Positions 11,150 through 21,436 of a stretch of 64,000 nucleotides of DNA are shown piece by piece. The stretch spans positions 128,001 to 192,000 of the forward strand of contig JBNKBE010000002.1 in assembly GCA_050287085.1 (NCBI GenBank). The letters run 5' to 3'. The translations under genes were made by a program, and so were the position numbers. Position 1 is the stretch's first letter, and each line of letters begins with the position of its first letter. Under the pieces are notes generated by a model. It was not told where the DNA came from. It ran no database searches and saw only the letters and a program-made list of their open reading frames with translations. Source of the stretch: Polyangiaceae bacterium. Lineage in GTDB: Bacteria > Myxococcota_A > Polyangia > Polyangiales > Polyangiaceae.

Positions 11150-11982
11150 CCTGGGAGCTCCAGGGCTTCACGCATGCGCTCGAAGTCTTCGGCGCTGAGC
11201 GTTTCACCGCGGGCGTCCAGCGAGATACCTGCGCGCGTCGCGGCGGCTTGCAGCGTCGGGGCGGGGGCGACGCTCTTCCAGGCGTTGCGCAGTGTCTTTC
11301 TGCGCATTCCGAATGCGGCCCGCACCAGGTTTTGGAGTAGCGGCGTTTCTTCAATCCGCTGGAGCCGCGGCGTGAGCACAACCACGGTCGAATCAACGTT
11401 GGGTGCCGGGAGGAATGCACTCCGCTTGATATTGAACGCTCGACGTACATCAAACGCGGCATTTACGAACACGGTCAAGGCGCCGTATTCCGGCGATCCA
11501 ACGGCGGCACATAGACGCTCTGCCACCTCCAGCTGAACTAGGAAGATGGCACGTGTCAGTTCGGCGCTCGCGCGAACGGCCATTTGCAGCAGAGGGCCCG
11601 TCAGTTGGTATGGCAGGTTGCCCGTGACAACGCGTGGAAGTGTCGGATGGGAGAGGGTTTCGATGGGGTCGACCGCTTTGGCATCGGCTTCGATAACCCG
11701 TAGCTGTCCGGATTCGATAGACGGGCGGAAGTGGTTCAGCAAGATGGGAACGAGATCGCGATCTCGTTCCACCGCGCTGACGTGGTGCTGTTCTGTCAAG
11801 AGAGCGTGGGTTAGAGCGCCGAGCCCCGCTCCGATTTCGAGCACCTGGGAAGGTGGACCCACCAAGCGGGCGATCTTGGCCACGAGTGCCGCGTCGCTTA
11901 GAAAATTTTGCCCGAAGCTCTTCTTGGGGTGCAGCCCGTATTCGGTGAGCAGTGCACGCGGGGTCGGAAAGGGAACTTGCAT
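11146..11982 (-). CDS. rsmA: 16S rRNA A1518/A1519 dimethyltransferase
   Basis: PKKSFGQNFL, EIGAGLG, NLPY, F.PAPNVDS and RRKTLRN motifs. Confidence 0.96.
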   Translation of the reverse strand: MQVPFPTPRALLTEYGLHPKKSFGQNFLSDAALVAKIARLVGPPSQVLEIGAGLGALTHALLTEQHHVSAVERDRDLVPILLNHFRPSIESGQLRVIEADAKAVDPIETLSHPTLPRVVTGNLPYQLTGPLLQMAVRASAELTRAIFLVQLEVAERLCAAVGSPEYGALTVFVNAAFDVRRAFNIKRSAFLPAPNVDSTVVVLTPRLQRIEETPLLQNLVRAAFGMRRKTLRNAWKSVAPAPTLQAAATRAGISLDARGETLSAEDFERMREALELPG

Positions 11983-12001
11983 GCGTCGAGCCCTTGTCGC
12001 A

Positions 12002-13573
12002 TCAGTGCTGACCGCTTGCAAGGGGCGGGCGTCGTCGCTTTCGTCCGGTGTTGTTGGGCGTGTCGACTACCACCCCGGCGCGCGCCAGGACTCGTCCTGC
12101 GGAGGCTCGTTTTGCCTGTTCAGACCATTGCGCGGCTCGAAAAAGTGCAGCTTCGCGGCCCGAACTCGGAATGGCACGGGTTGGGGCTTGCGGCATGAAC
12201 CACCAATGCACGCGCAGACGCCGGCGGCGCGCCACGCGCAGCGTTTCGAGCAGGAAAGGGGAGGCAGGGGCGGGAGCCGGGGCGATCACGAAGACGCGCA
12301 CGGGGGTCGCGCGCCGGGCCTCGGCCAGATTGCGTAGGGCCCGCGCAATAGACTGTTGTGCCAGCGGTCCGTCGGCTTCGAGTCTTCCCGCTTCGGGCAA
12401 CCCGAAGGCGTTTGCATAGCGACGGAGGGGCGCCGAGGGGTCGTCGCCAGGGAAAGGCAGAGGCTCGAAGGGGGCCCTCGGCAGCAGTCGCCGCGTGCGC
12501 TCCGTCATGGGCCGAGCGTGGGCAGCGAGCGGCTCGCCCTGGGCTTCCAAGGGGGCGGCGTGTTCTGCCACGAGCGCGGCCAAGTCGCTGCTGTCGTAGC
12601 CACTGCGATCGGAGTCCGCCAGGCCCGACTCGAACGACAACATCTCAAGCAGGCGTTGCCGGTGTCTACTGCCGCGGGCCGGCTTCTCACTGGAGAGTAG
12701 GCGGTGACCCAGCAGTTGCAGACCCACGTGATCCCCTTCGTGAAGCAATAGGTCTAGCAGGCCCGCAGCATGCTGCAGCGCGTAGTCGAGGGGGGCATCT
12801 CCCGACGCCCCCGACCACAACTCAACCGCAGCGCTCACCAGAATCCAGCTCTCGATCTGCTTTTCGAGCTCGAACTCCTTGCTCATCAACTTGCCGCGCC
12901 GAGCGGACGCCTTCCACGCGATGCGACGGAAAGGATCACCCGCGGAGTACTCGCGCAACTCCTTGAGCATGATGTCGCCTCCGTGTTGGCTTGCGGCGGA
13001 TGACTCTGATAGGACGAGTGCGCGTCCCGACGAGCGCACGCTGCGAGCTTGAGCGGGGGCCCCCGCCACGACCTCTAGTCCGAATGGGTTCTGAAACGTG
13101 AGGGGCACCGCGAATAGCCCGGGGCCGGCCTGCACGTTGAGTTGGAGGCCGAACACTCCGTGTCGCCCCACGCGCGTTCCTTCGATGCAGATTTCAATGC
13201 GCAAGCTGCCGCCTGCGGGAACCTCGCCGTTGGGGACAGCAACATGGATCCTGAGGTGCGGTGAATGCAGGACCCGCAGGCCATCGAAGCGAGTCGCGCG
13301 ACTGTCTCGATTGCGCACTTCCGCGTGCACAGTGACCGCATCGCTGACGTAGGCGCGCCGATGACGCTCCGAACCTGCCCACAACATTTCGAGACCCGCC
13401 GTGCGAACTCTCGAAACCGAGTACAACGTCAGGGCTCGAGCCAGTTGTAGTCCGAATAGGATGGACGCAGCCCAGCCAACCCACAAACCACGGCCCAATG
13501 CACCGCCGACCACACACAGGCCGATGCCGACCAAGGTGAGCTGTCGCGTGAGTGCTGTGGGGTGTATACGCAT
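12002..13573 (-). CDS. DUF58 domain protein (MoxR-associated)
   Basis: ELREYSAGDPFRRIAWKASARRGKLMSKEFE signature; two N-terminal hydrophobic segments. Confidence 0.9.
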   Translation of the reverse strand: MRIHPTALTRQLTLVGIGLCVVGGALGRGLWVGWAASILFGLQLARALTLYSVSRVRTAGLEMLWAGSERHRRAYVSDAVTVHAEVRNRDSRATRFDGLRVLHSPHLRIHVAVPNGEVPAGGSLRIEICIEGTRVGRHGVFGLQLNVQAGPGLFAVPLTFQNPFGLEVVAGAPAQARSVRSSGRALVLSESSAASQHGGDIMLKELREYSAGDPFRRIAWKASARRGKLMSKEFELEKQIESWILVSAAVELWSGASGDAPLDYALQHAAGLLDLLLHEGDHVGLQLLGHRLLSSEKPARGSRHRQRLLEMLSFESGLADSDRSGYDSSDLAALVAEHAAPLEAQGEPLAAHARPMTERTRRLLPRAPFEPLPFPGDDPSAPLRRYANAFGLPEAGRLEADGPLAQQSIARALRNLAEARRATPVRVFVIAPAPAPASPFLLETLRVARRRRLRVHWWFMPQAPTRAIPSSGREAALFRAAQWSEQAKRASAGRVLARAGVVVDTPNNTGRKRRRPPLASGQH

Positions 13574-13637
13574 AGAGTGCCGCTCAATCGTGCCTGCCCG
13601 AAATCGGGTGTTCGGCGGCCAGCATTGTTCTGGCTTT

Positions 13638-14636
13638 CTATCCCGAGCGACGGCTAGCGAGCGGACGATGGAAGCTCACGCGTTCAAGGGCTTCGTCGAC
13701 GATCTGGTTGCGCTCGTTCGGCGACCCTTCCAGGTCGACGTTGAGGATGAGGCGATGTGCGAGCACGGCACGAGCCACCGCCATTACGTCGTCAGGCGTA
13801 GCATAGGGACGCCCCGCTATCACGGCTGAGGCCCGTGCCGCACGCACCAAACCCAAGGTAGCGCGGGGTGAGCAACCGAGTGCAACCTTGGGGTGTGAGC
13901 GCGTGTAGCGCGTTAGGTTGGCCGCGTATTGCAGCAGGTCCTCCTCGACGTGGATGTGGGCGGCCAGAGTGCGCAGGTGGCGGCATTGTTGGGGGTTCAG
14001 CAGGGGCATCGTCGCAGGGGACGCGACTCCGTGCGCACGCAGCATGGCCACCTCATCCTCGTGGCTTGGATAACCGAGTTCCAGAAAAATGAGGAAGCGA
14101 TCGAGTTGGGCTTCCGGGAGTGGGTAGGTTCCCTCGAGGTCCAGGGGATTCTGGGTAGCCAGTACAAAGAATGGATCGGGCAACGGCAAGCGCTCTCCCT
14201 CGAGAGTGACCTGACGTTCCTGCATGGCTTCGAGCAGTGCTGACTGCGTGCGAGCGGGAGCCCGGTTGATTTCATCGGCGAGGACGACTCCGGCAAAGAG
14301 TGGGCCTCTTCGCAGTGAGAATTGCCCGGTACGCGGATCGAGAACGTACGTCCCGGTGATGTCCTGCGGCAGCAAGTCCGGCGTGAACTGAATGCGCTTC
14401 ATCTCGCAGCCGAGTGCTTGGGAAATCGACTTCACGAGGGTGGTTTTGGCTACACCAGGAACCCCTTCGAGCAGCACATGACCTCCCCCGAGGAGGGCCA
14501 CCATGATGAGGTCGATTGTGGAACTCGGCCCTTTATAGGCTTTGCTGACTTCCGTCTTTATCTTGCTGAGTAGGGCGCGAGCCGCTTGGGCGTCGTCCAG
14601 GCTCACTGGCGCGGGGAATGCGTGGGGTGTATTCAT
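13638..14636 (-). CDS. MoxR family AAA+ ATPase
   Basis: LLEGVPGVAKT, RIQFTPDLLP, DEINRAP, GTYPLPEAQLDRF; ATG overlaps the upstream stop (ATGA). Confidence 0.95.
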   Translation of the reverse strand: MNTPHAFPAPVSLDDAQAARALLSKIKTEVSKAYKGPSSTIDLIMVALLGGGHVLLEGVPGVAKTTLVKSISQALGCEMKRIQFTPDLLPQDITGTYVLDPRTGQFSLRRGPLFAGVVLADEINRAPARTQSALLEAMQERQVTLEGERLPLPDPFFVLATQNPLDLEGTYPLPEAQLDRFLIFLELGYPSHEDEVAMLRAHGVASPATMPLLNPQQCRHLRTLAAHIHVEEDLLQYAANLTRYTRSHPKVALGCSPRATLGLVRAARASAVIAGRPYATPDDVMAVARAVLAHRLILNVDLEGSPNERNQIVDEALERVSFHRPLASRRSG

Positions 14637-16120
14637 GACGGGGCGCGCAGCGCTCGCGCTGCGAGTAGTTCGAGGTCTTGGTGTATGGAGGCAATCTGGG
14701 CGTCGTCGAAACGGAGCCTTCCGGGGGTATTGGCGCTGCGCGCCAGGACGGAGTCTTCTGCTTCGGTCATCGTCTTGAAAGCTCTGGCCAAACGCGCCAG
14801 CTCGTCGTTCTTCAGGTGCTCCGTCTGCTCGATGGTCTGCAGGATTGCGGCGGTCGAGGCTGTCGGAGGCAGTCCTAGGGCGGTGCGGAGCCTTTCGGCA
14901 AAAGCCGCCTTCAGCTCGCAGAGCACCAGCTCGGGACGGGTCGTCGGCTGCGCGAGCACCGCGAGCCGACCCGCGGTGCCGCCCTGAGCTACGAGGGGCG
15001 GCGCCTGGGTGAAGCGCGAGGGGCGCGGCGGCGGCCGCTGCGCCGAGCTGTTGTAAGCCCAAAGCAGGATCAGCGTGCCGAAGCCGGCTGCTAGCACAAG
15101 ACTGATCGCCGAGGGGAGTCCGGTTTCGTTCAGCTGCTCAAGTTGTCCGAGTGAAGTGTTCAGGGCGGAACGCAGACTGCGTCCGATCGAGCGGGACGCA
15201 GGATAACGGCCCACCTCAGAGAAGTCGTTGGCCAGAATGTACAGCTTGCCTGACCGCTTGCCCCAAACGTCGTCGTCGACCAGGTAGCGCACCAGCCCGC
15301 GGGCAAACTCAGCGTTGCCCGGGTATTGCATCATCAGGTCGATGAACACGGAAGGATCTCCCATTGCGAGCAGGCGCCCGCAAGGTTCGGTGGCAGAGCT
15401 GCCGCCGTCGCCCAGCCCGCAGCGCTCGGCATTGCCGATCACTCCGGTCAGGGCGAGAGGCACGCTGGTACCGGTGGCGTCGCGGAACTCCAGAAGCGAA
15501 GTCAGGCGCATGTCGTGGGCCGGCTCCAGGATCATCGGATGGTTGGTGATGACCTGGGTCACGCTTTGAACCATGGGGTGGCGGAGCACGCCTCGCTCGT
15601 TCACTTCGACGCTCGGTGTTGCAATCAGTAGCTCTGGATTGTCCAGGTATCGAGAAATATTGGCTGGGGGCCGTCGCGTGCTGATGTGGAAACGACGCAG
15701 GAAGGATGCTCCCGCGCCGAAGTCGTCGAGCACCGCCAGTCGTCCTCCTCCGGCAAGGAACTCGCGCGCGTCCGCAAATGACAGCGAGCGTGTGGGGTGC
15801 AAGAGCAGAACGCCGTCATTCGGTCGTAGCACGCCCCAGTCCAGCTGGGCGCCGAGCACCACCCGCGGACGCCCGAGCTCCTCTCGAGCCAGTCTCAACA
15901 ACTCGGTGCAGGCGTTCCACTGGGGGGCCACGAAGTCGAAGTCCGCGCGAGCTTGCGCCGCGGGGAGCCATCCACACAGCGTCAGGGCCAAAAGGCGCAC
16001 ACACGCGCCAAGCACACGCAGCCGAGGCGAATGTGTCGATTGGGGACAACGCGTTTGCGTTCTGCGCACCCGCCGGTGCCGGCGTTGCGAATCGAGTGAT
16101 CCTAGTTCGTCGGCTCCCAT
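14633..16120 (-). CDS. DUF4350-like exported/membrane protein (start uncertain)
   Basis: Signal-peptide-like segment, FLAGGGRLAVLDDFG, GRLLAMGDPSVF..N..F, C-terminal TM; first gene of the MoxR operon. Confidence 0.75.
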   Translation of the reverse strand: MGADELGSLDSQRRHRRVRRTQTRCPQSTHSPRLRVLGACVRLLALTLCGWLPAAQARADFDFVAPQWNACTELLRLAREELGRPRVVLGAQLDWGVLRPNDGVLLLHPTRSLSFADAREFLAGGGRLAVLDDFGAGASFLRRFHISTRRPPANISRYLDNPELLIATPSVEVNERGVLRHPMVQSVTQVITNHPMILEPAHDMRLTSLLEFRDATGTSVPLALTGVIGNAERCGLGDGGSSATEPCGRLLAMGDPSVFIDLMMQYPGNAEFARGLVRYLVDDDVWGKRSGKLYILANDFSEVGRYPASRSIGRSLRSALNTSLGQLEQLNETGLPSAISLVLAAGFGTLILLWAYNSSAQRPPPRPSRFTQAPPLVAQGGTAGRLAVLAQPTTRPELVLCELKAAFAERLRTALGLPPTASTAAILQTIEQTEHLKNDELARLARAFKTMTEAEDSVLARSANTPGRLRFDDAQIASIHQDLELLAARALRAPS

Positions 16121-16335
16121 CACACTGCGGATAGAAGCGACGTCACCCCTGCCAAGTCTTCGTGGCCTATCCAACCGGCGCGTGAGGTTAGCGGGTTTTA
16201 GATCGACAGAGAATGTTCGACAGTCGGCTAGCGGCCAGTCGTCCGGGAAACCAGCTCGTGTGTTGGAGGGACTTCTCCTTGGGGTTTCATCGGTGCTGCC
16301 GGTCAGATTCAAGGAAACGAGGTGGCGTCCAGCCC

Positions 16336-16363
16336 TTGACCCCTTAGGTATGGGGGTTACATT
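16336..16363 (+). promoter_or_regulatory. Sigma70-type promoter with an embedded inverted repeat
   Basis: TTGACC-N16-TACATT about 40 nt upstream of ATG 16404; ACCCC-N9-GGGGT overlaps the -35 and the spacer. Confidence 0.55.
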
Positions 16364-16403
16364 AACCTAGTCTCCGTTCTTCAGTCCCCGCGGGTGTTTT
16401 TTT

Positions 16404-16589
16404 ATGCTGCCTCCTTTCATTATTGAGCAGATCCGCCAACGAGAACAAAGCGAAGCCGACGCGCGTTTGCGTCGTGAAGCAGAGCGGCCCCGTCTTGAAT
16501 TGCCGCTCGACATGCCCGATTGGCGTCCCCGCGAGCCGCAAGCGCCTCCTTCAGCGCCTGAGCGCGGCTACGTTGTATTGGACGTCTGA
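16404..16589 (+). CDS. Small hypothetical protein (61 aa)
   Basis: Clean ATG ORF downstream of a promoter; protein-like MLPPFIIEQIRQRE..RPRLELPL..ERGYVVLDV. Confidence 0.75.
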   Translation: MLPPFIIEQIRQREQSEADARLRREAERPRLELPLDMPDWRPREPQAPPSAPERGYVVLDV

Positions 16590-16771
16590 ATTCTCAAGCA
16601 CCCATCGAAACTTGGATGGAAGCGGCGGGTTCTAGCGGTCCCCGCCGGAGCAAATGTGCGGCGCATTGCTCTATGAGCACACTTTCGGACAACCGTTCGG
16701 AAACCGGCTCATACCGAATGCCGTAAATGACGTTGTTTCCGGCGCACCCGATCACTAGGCTGCGCCGGCTT

Positions 16772-18337
16772 ATGCCGCGCCGGAAGAAGCGACTGCACCT
16801 GGCCGTATTGGCACTGCTAACGGGTTGTTTTCCCACCGATCAAGAGGCGGATCCGCCCTTGGACTCGCTCTACTACCCAGTAGCCGCCGTTCTCGGGGCG
16901 GACGGGGATCGAATCTACGTCGCCAACAGCGATTTCGACCTCGCCTACAATCGCGGTACGCTGATGGTGCTCGATGCGGCGGCGTTGCGTGAGCAACTTC
17001 CAGCCGTATGCCGGCAAGACTCCGACTGCGGTTCGGGGCGGTGTGACACGGAAGGGCTCGACGGCCGCGGTCCGACCTTCCGTTGTCTCGATGCCAAGGG
17101 CCGGCTGTGCCCAGGCGATTCGGTGGCTACTGTTGCGGAGCTCAGCAGGCAGCCCGGTGTGTGTCCACCGCGTCCGCTCACTTCCCGCTTGCTGCTTGGC
17201 AGCGCTCGAGTGGCGCCGTTTGCCACCGACCTGAAGTATGTGCCATTCGAGGACGGTGACGGTCGAAAAAGGGCGCGCCTGCTCATGCCCGCGCGTGGGG
17301 ACGCGTCGCTTCATTGGGCTGACGTGGAAACCGCGGCGGGCAAGGGCCCAGTCCTCGACTGCGGCCAGAATGAGCGTCAGGAGTGTGATGCGCGTCACCG
17401 GCTGAGCGAGAGCACGTCGGGAGGCCGCACCTTGGTAGCTCCCGAGGAGCCTGTGTCCGTGGCCACGAGCGCCGACGGCGAGGTGGCTGTGGTCGCGCAT
17501 CAGACAACGGGCGAGGTCTCGTTGTATCTCAATGGCAGCCGAGGTCCTCGAGTCGAATCGATACTCTCGGGTCTGCAACCAGGCCTCCAGGCGATTGTGA
17601 GGGTTCCTCGCTCGCGCTGGGCTACGCTTTTGGACCCCGCTGAAGAGTCGTTTCTTGCCGTCTTTCGCGACGCCTCACGACCGGTGGTGGAGCTGCTACG
17701 CCTTCATCGCGATGGCGCCGCTGGCCCCTATCTACAGCGCGTGGTGCGTACGGTGCTGAGCGGTGCGAGCAGCGGGGACGTGCGTTCTGTCGCCATTGTC
17801 GATACGGAGCGGGCATCCTGTGAGGCGAGCTGCGCGCTCGATTGCTCTCCTGACGACGCCACGTGCACTGAGTGTCTGCGCGGATGTGCGAGCCTTCCGC
17901 TTACTGTATTTGGTTCGGTGCGCGTGCCCGATGGCCTACTTGTGGCGCATACGCAGGCCTCCCAATCGGAGGGGGTGCAGAGCAACGAGCTGCGTTTTTC
18001 CGAACATATTCCACTGGGCTCCGGACCGTCCAAAGTCATTAGGGCCACGATACCCGGCGCGTCTGGACTTCCGGTTGAACGCGTATTCGTGATTGCCTTC
18101 GACGCCAAGGAACTGGTTGTCGTCGATCCTGAGGCGCGGCAGATCGAGACTCGAATCAGCACCGGCAGCGGTCCTAGCGCGTTTGTGGTCGATGAACAGC
18201 GGGCGCTCGGATATCTAACCGACTTCAAGGACTTCAGTATCTCGGTGCTCGACTTGAATCAGCAGAACCCTACCTACGGTCGCTATCTGTTGACCGTCTA
18301 TAGCGAAGATCCCCGCGGCTCGGAGGGAGACCTGTGA
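16772..18337 (+). CDS. Lipoprotein, YncE/YVTN-like beta-propeller with Cys-rich inserts
   Basis: Lipobox LTGC; blade motifs RIYVANSD, RVFVIAFD, TGSGPS..GYLTDF; Cys clusters. Confidence 0.8.
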   Translation: MPRRKKRLHLAVLALLTGCFPTDQEADPPLDSLYYPVAAVLGADGDRIYVANSDFDLAYNRGTLMVLDAAALREQLPAVCRQDSDCGSGRCDTEGLDGRGPTFRCLDAKGRLCPGDSVATVAELSRQPGVCPPRPLTSRLLLGSARVAPFATDLKYVPFEDGDGRKRARLLMPARGDASLHWADVETAAGKGPVLDCGQNERQECDARHRLSESTSGGRTLVAPEEPVSVATSADGEVAVVAHQTTGEVSLYLNGSRGPRVESILSGLQPGLQAIVRVPRSRWATLLDPAEESFLAVFRDASRPVVELLRLHRDGAAGPYLQRVVRTVLSGASSGDVRSVAIVDTERASCEASCALDCSPDDATCTECLRGCASLPLTVFGSVRVPDGLLVAHTQASQSEGVQSNELRFSEHIPLGSGPSKVIRATIPGASGLPVERVFVIAFDAKELVVVDPEARQIETRISTGSGPSAFVVDEQRALGYLTDFKDFSISVLDLNQQNPTYGRYLLTVYSEDPRGSEGDL

Positions 18338-21300
18338 CGAGGTCTGTCGCGACAGGTTGGCTTCTTTCAGCCCTCCTCGGCGTGCTAGTGCCGGCTTGCG
18401 GCGCATCTCCCTCGCCGCAACGAGCTTTGAGTCTCGCCGGTACGCGCGATGTCTCGTTCGTTTGCGTGCATGTGAGTGGGGAGACTGTGCTTGACACTGC
18501 GCCGCTCGAGGATTGCCCGCAACTCAAGGCAGAGTCCGGCAGCGATACCGCTTATGAGCTATGGGCGCTGCTCAGCAAGGCCGACACGAGTGAGGTTGCC
18601 GTTGTCAACATGGGGTCGCGCTGCGACGACGGTGGGGCCTGCATAGCCACGGTCGTAGACTCAGAGCCGACGCAGCCTGGGGCCACCTTCTTGCCCGTGG
18701 GCGCGGAACCCAGCGCGATCGTGTCGACCCCCGGTGGGTCCGCTAGTTTCGTGGCCACTCAACAGCCCGGCAAAGCGGCGATCTTCGCACTGCCCACGAC
18801 TTGCATTGGATCTCGGCCACTGCAATCGGCCTATCGCGATCTACGTACCTGGCCAGCTTGTCGCTTGCCGGCCCCTCCTGGCGAAATGGTGTTGTTCACC
18901 GATCGCGAGCGGTCCACCAGTTGTAGCGGCGAGTCCGGTGGACAGGGCGTTGGCCAGTGTGCCGTGGACCTATCCCGTGAACTGCCCCAAGGTGGGCGTC
19001 ACAAGTTAGCGGTTTCGCTTCCGAGCCTTGGGCAGGTCGCCATCCTGGATGCCCAGGCACTGCTCGACATTGAGCCCGGCAGTTTTCCAGACTGTCCCAT
19101 CGAGGGGGCTCCCATCCAGCTGGGTACCGACCTCTCGGAACGGCCCGCTCAGACCCAGCCGCAAGCGGCGGCGCTTTGTACAGGGCCAACGGGGTCTGAA
19201 CTCCCTCATCCTTCGCTCGCAGCTTCTTTTGAGGCCAGGCCCTTTGACCTCGCCTACAGCGAGGAGCAGCTCTACGTTTCCGATCGCGGCGCTCCTCTTG
19301 TTCACGTTTTGAGCGTTGAGGACGCTTGTGCTCCGAAGGAGCAGTCGCCGCTCTATCCGACAGACGCTCGGGACCCGGACCGAGTTGTCTTGTCTTCGCG
19401 TCTGGCCGTGAGTCCGCGCACCTTTGCGGGGGAGCGCTTCCTCTATGCCGTCGATTTCGGGGGAGGGGCGGTCAATAGCGGCACGCTGATGGCGTTTGAT
19501 GTTTCAGCGCATGATTCGCCCCGCGTGCCGATTCAGCGGGCGACGAGTGCGGATCCTGGCTATGCGCTTGACCGCATCGAGCTGCCCGCGCCGGTCAGCG
19601 ACGTCACATTTGCCAAGCACGACTTTCCGATCGAAGACCCGTCAACGCATGTAGCGACCAGCGGGGTTGCTTGCGATCCGGATCCCGCCCACGCGGAGGG
19701 CCTTGGCGCCTTGTACCGGCGCAGCGCCGAAGGCGACGGTCCTCATCCGCTGCGTTTGCGGGGTGTGTTCGCATTTGCGGCGCTGCAAGACGGGTTGGTG
19801 GTCACCATCGACGTCGAGGATCTCGACGCACCCTGCCGTCGTCCGGCGGGGCGCGCGCGCTTGGCCAGTGGCTGCGCGGACGATGACTTGGAGGGCCAGT
19901 ATCTCGAGGACGACTCCGGTGAGCCCTACGTCAGTGATGAGCTTAGCTGTCGCATCAGTGAGCCTCATCGTCCTCGCCTCGCGACCTTCTACCGTCATGC
20001 GAATGCGGGCCTTGCTCCGGTGGTGCGCGCATTTCCTTTGTTGAGCGCCGATGACGGATCGTCGCTGCCGGTGGACCAGACGGACAGAGGCCTTGCCAGC
20101 CCGCGCATGCTCTCGGTCAACGACCGTTCTGGTGGCGTTGACGAGCAGGGGCGCTCTCTGGGGGACGCCGCCTCGCGCATCGCTGGGCGACTCTTCATCA
20201 ACGATCCGGAGGCCGAAGCCCGGCTCGAGCCCGACCCTGCCAAGTCTGAGCGCAACGGGTTGACGTTGGCCTACGACGAGCCCCGTGTTTTCCAAAGGGG
20301 AATTGGCAGCTACCGCGCAACTTACGAAGGCCCATTGCGAGGGCGCGAGCGGGGGCGTTTTCGAGTCGTGCGGGCCGACGAGCTCGCGCTGCCCGACGAG
20401 GAACAGCTGCAATTGCCCTTTGCGGTATATGGCGAGCTTTCCAACGGTCCGGAATCCTCGTTCTGCGGCGCGGGCGTCGAAGATAGGGTGCTGATGGCTG
20501 AACGTGGTGTCGCTCGTCTATCCGTCGAAAGGGCCAGTGCCGCTACCTTTGGTCAGCGCTACGGCGATTTCGTGGAGGTCGAGTCGGCGCTCCTCCCGGA
20601 GGACGATCCCTATTGGAGGGAGGGTGGAAAGCAATGCGGGGCCGCATTCCGAGAGCAGGCCCCCAGTCTATCCTCGCGGGACGTGTGCGAGTTGTTCTTC
20701 GAGGATGCCTTCAACCGCGAGCTGTCGATTGCCAGAGCATTCAACGATCGACTGCTGCTCGAACCCCGCGCGAGCAGTCAGCCGCGCGAGGTCGTGCTTG
20801 ATATGGTGGAGTGCTGCTTTCCAGAGGGGCTCGAGTTTCAGCTGCGTGCTGGTCGGCAATGGGTCGTGTCTAGTCCGCGTGGCTTCGAGCACGGCGTCGT
20901 GGCAGCGCCACAGGCTCCGTTCGCGTGTGTTCGCTCTTGCCAACCGTGGACGACCGGTAGTGAGTCGCGCGTTTTCGAACTCAGCTGCCAGGACGAGGAC
21001 GGCAGCTGTGCGCCCGAGACCGGGCGTGAGGCAGTTCTTGGGCCGCCCTCGGCTGGGGAGGTGGTGGACGGATCGGCGCTACATGGGTGTATTCTCTCCC
21101 AACACCCAAAGGGTGGGGTTCAGCCTGACGGCGAGGGAAGCGAATGCGTATTCCGAGGTGGCCCCACGCGCTTCGCGATCTACCGTGGGCGAGAGGTCAG
21201 TCGCCGCGACATGGCATTCTCCTGGGAGGTCATCGGAGCCGTTGAAGGCCAGAACGTCGACCTTGTGCGGATCGATCCAACCAATCGCTATACGTCTGTT

Positions 21301-21435
21301 CCACAGACGATCGAGTACTTGCCCAGTCAGGGGCAGCTTGTGGTCAGCGACTCTGGTAGCGTGAGCATGGCCGTTGTGGGGCTCAGTGCTTCGTTCGCTA
21401 CTGGGCGTGGGTTTATTGGACAAGTAGCGAGATAG
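18334..21435 (+). CDS. Large Cys-rich hypothetical lipoprotein (1033 aa)
   Basis: Lipobox-like VPAC; GTGA overlap with the upstream gene; propeller-like motifs (PVGAEPSAIV, QLYVSD, FLYAVD). Confidence 0.8.
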   Translation: MTRSVATGWLLSALLGVLVPACGASPSPQRALSLAGTRDVSFVCVHVSGETVLDTAPLEDCPQLKAESGSDTAYELWALLSKADTSEVAVVNMGSRCDDGGACIATVVDSEPTQPGATFLPVGAEPSAIVSTPGGSASFVATQQPGKAAIFALPTTCIGSRPLQSAYRDLRTWPACRLPAPPGEMVLFTDRERSTSCSGESGGQGVGQCAVDLSRELPQGGRHKLAVSLPSLGQVAILDAQALLDIEPGSFPDCPIEGAPIQLGTDLSERPAQTQPQAAALCTGPTGSELPHPSLAASFEARPFDLAYSEEQLYVSDRGAPLVHVLSVEDACAPKEQSPLYPTDARDPDRVVLSSRLAVSPRTFAGERFLYAVDFGGGAVNSGTLMAFDVSAHDSPRVPIQRATSADPGYALDRIELPAPVSDVTFAKHDFPIEDPSTHVATSGVACDPDPAHAEGLGALYRRSAEGDGPHPLRLRGVFAFAALQDGLVVTIDVEDLDAPCRRPAGRARLASGCADDDLEGQYLEDDSGEPYVSDELSCRISEPHRPRLATFYRHANAGLAPVVRAFPLLSADDGSSLPVDQTDRGLASPRMLSVNDRSGGVDEQGRSLGDAASRIAGRLFINDPEAEARLEPDPAKSERNGLTLAYDEPRVFQRGIGSYRATYEGPLRGRERGRFRVVRADELALPDEEQLQLPFAVYGELSNGPESSFCGAGVEDRVLMAERGVARLSVERASAATFGQRYGDFVEVESALLPEDDPYWREGGKQCGAAFREQAPSLSSRDVCELFFEDAFNRELSIARAFNDRLLLEPRASSQPREVVLDMVECCFPEGLEFQLRAGRQWVVSSPRGFEHGVVAAPQAPFACVRSCQPWTTGSESRVFELSCQDEDGSCAPETGREAVLGPPSAGEVVDGSALHGCILSQHPKGGVQPDGEGSECVFRGGPTRFAIYRGREVSRRDMAFSWEVIGAVEGQNVDLVRIDPTNRYTSVPQTIEYLPSQGQLVVSDSGSVSMAVVGLSASFATGRGFIGQVAR

Positions 21436-21436
21436 C

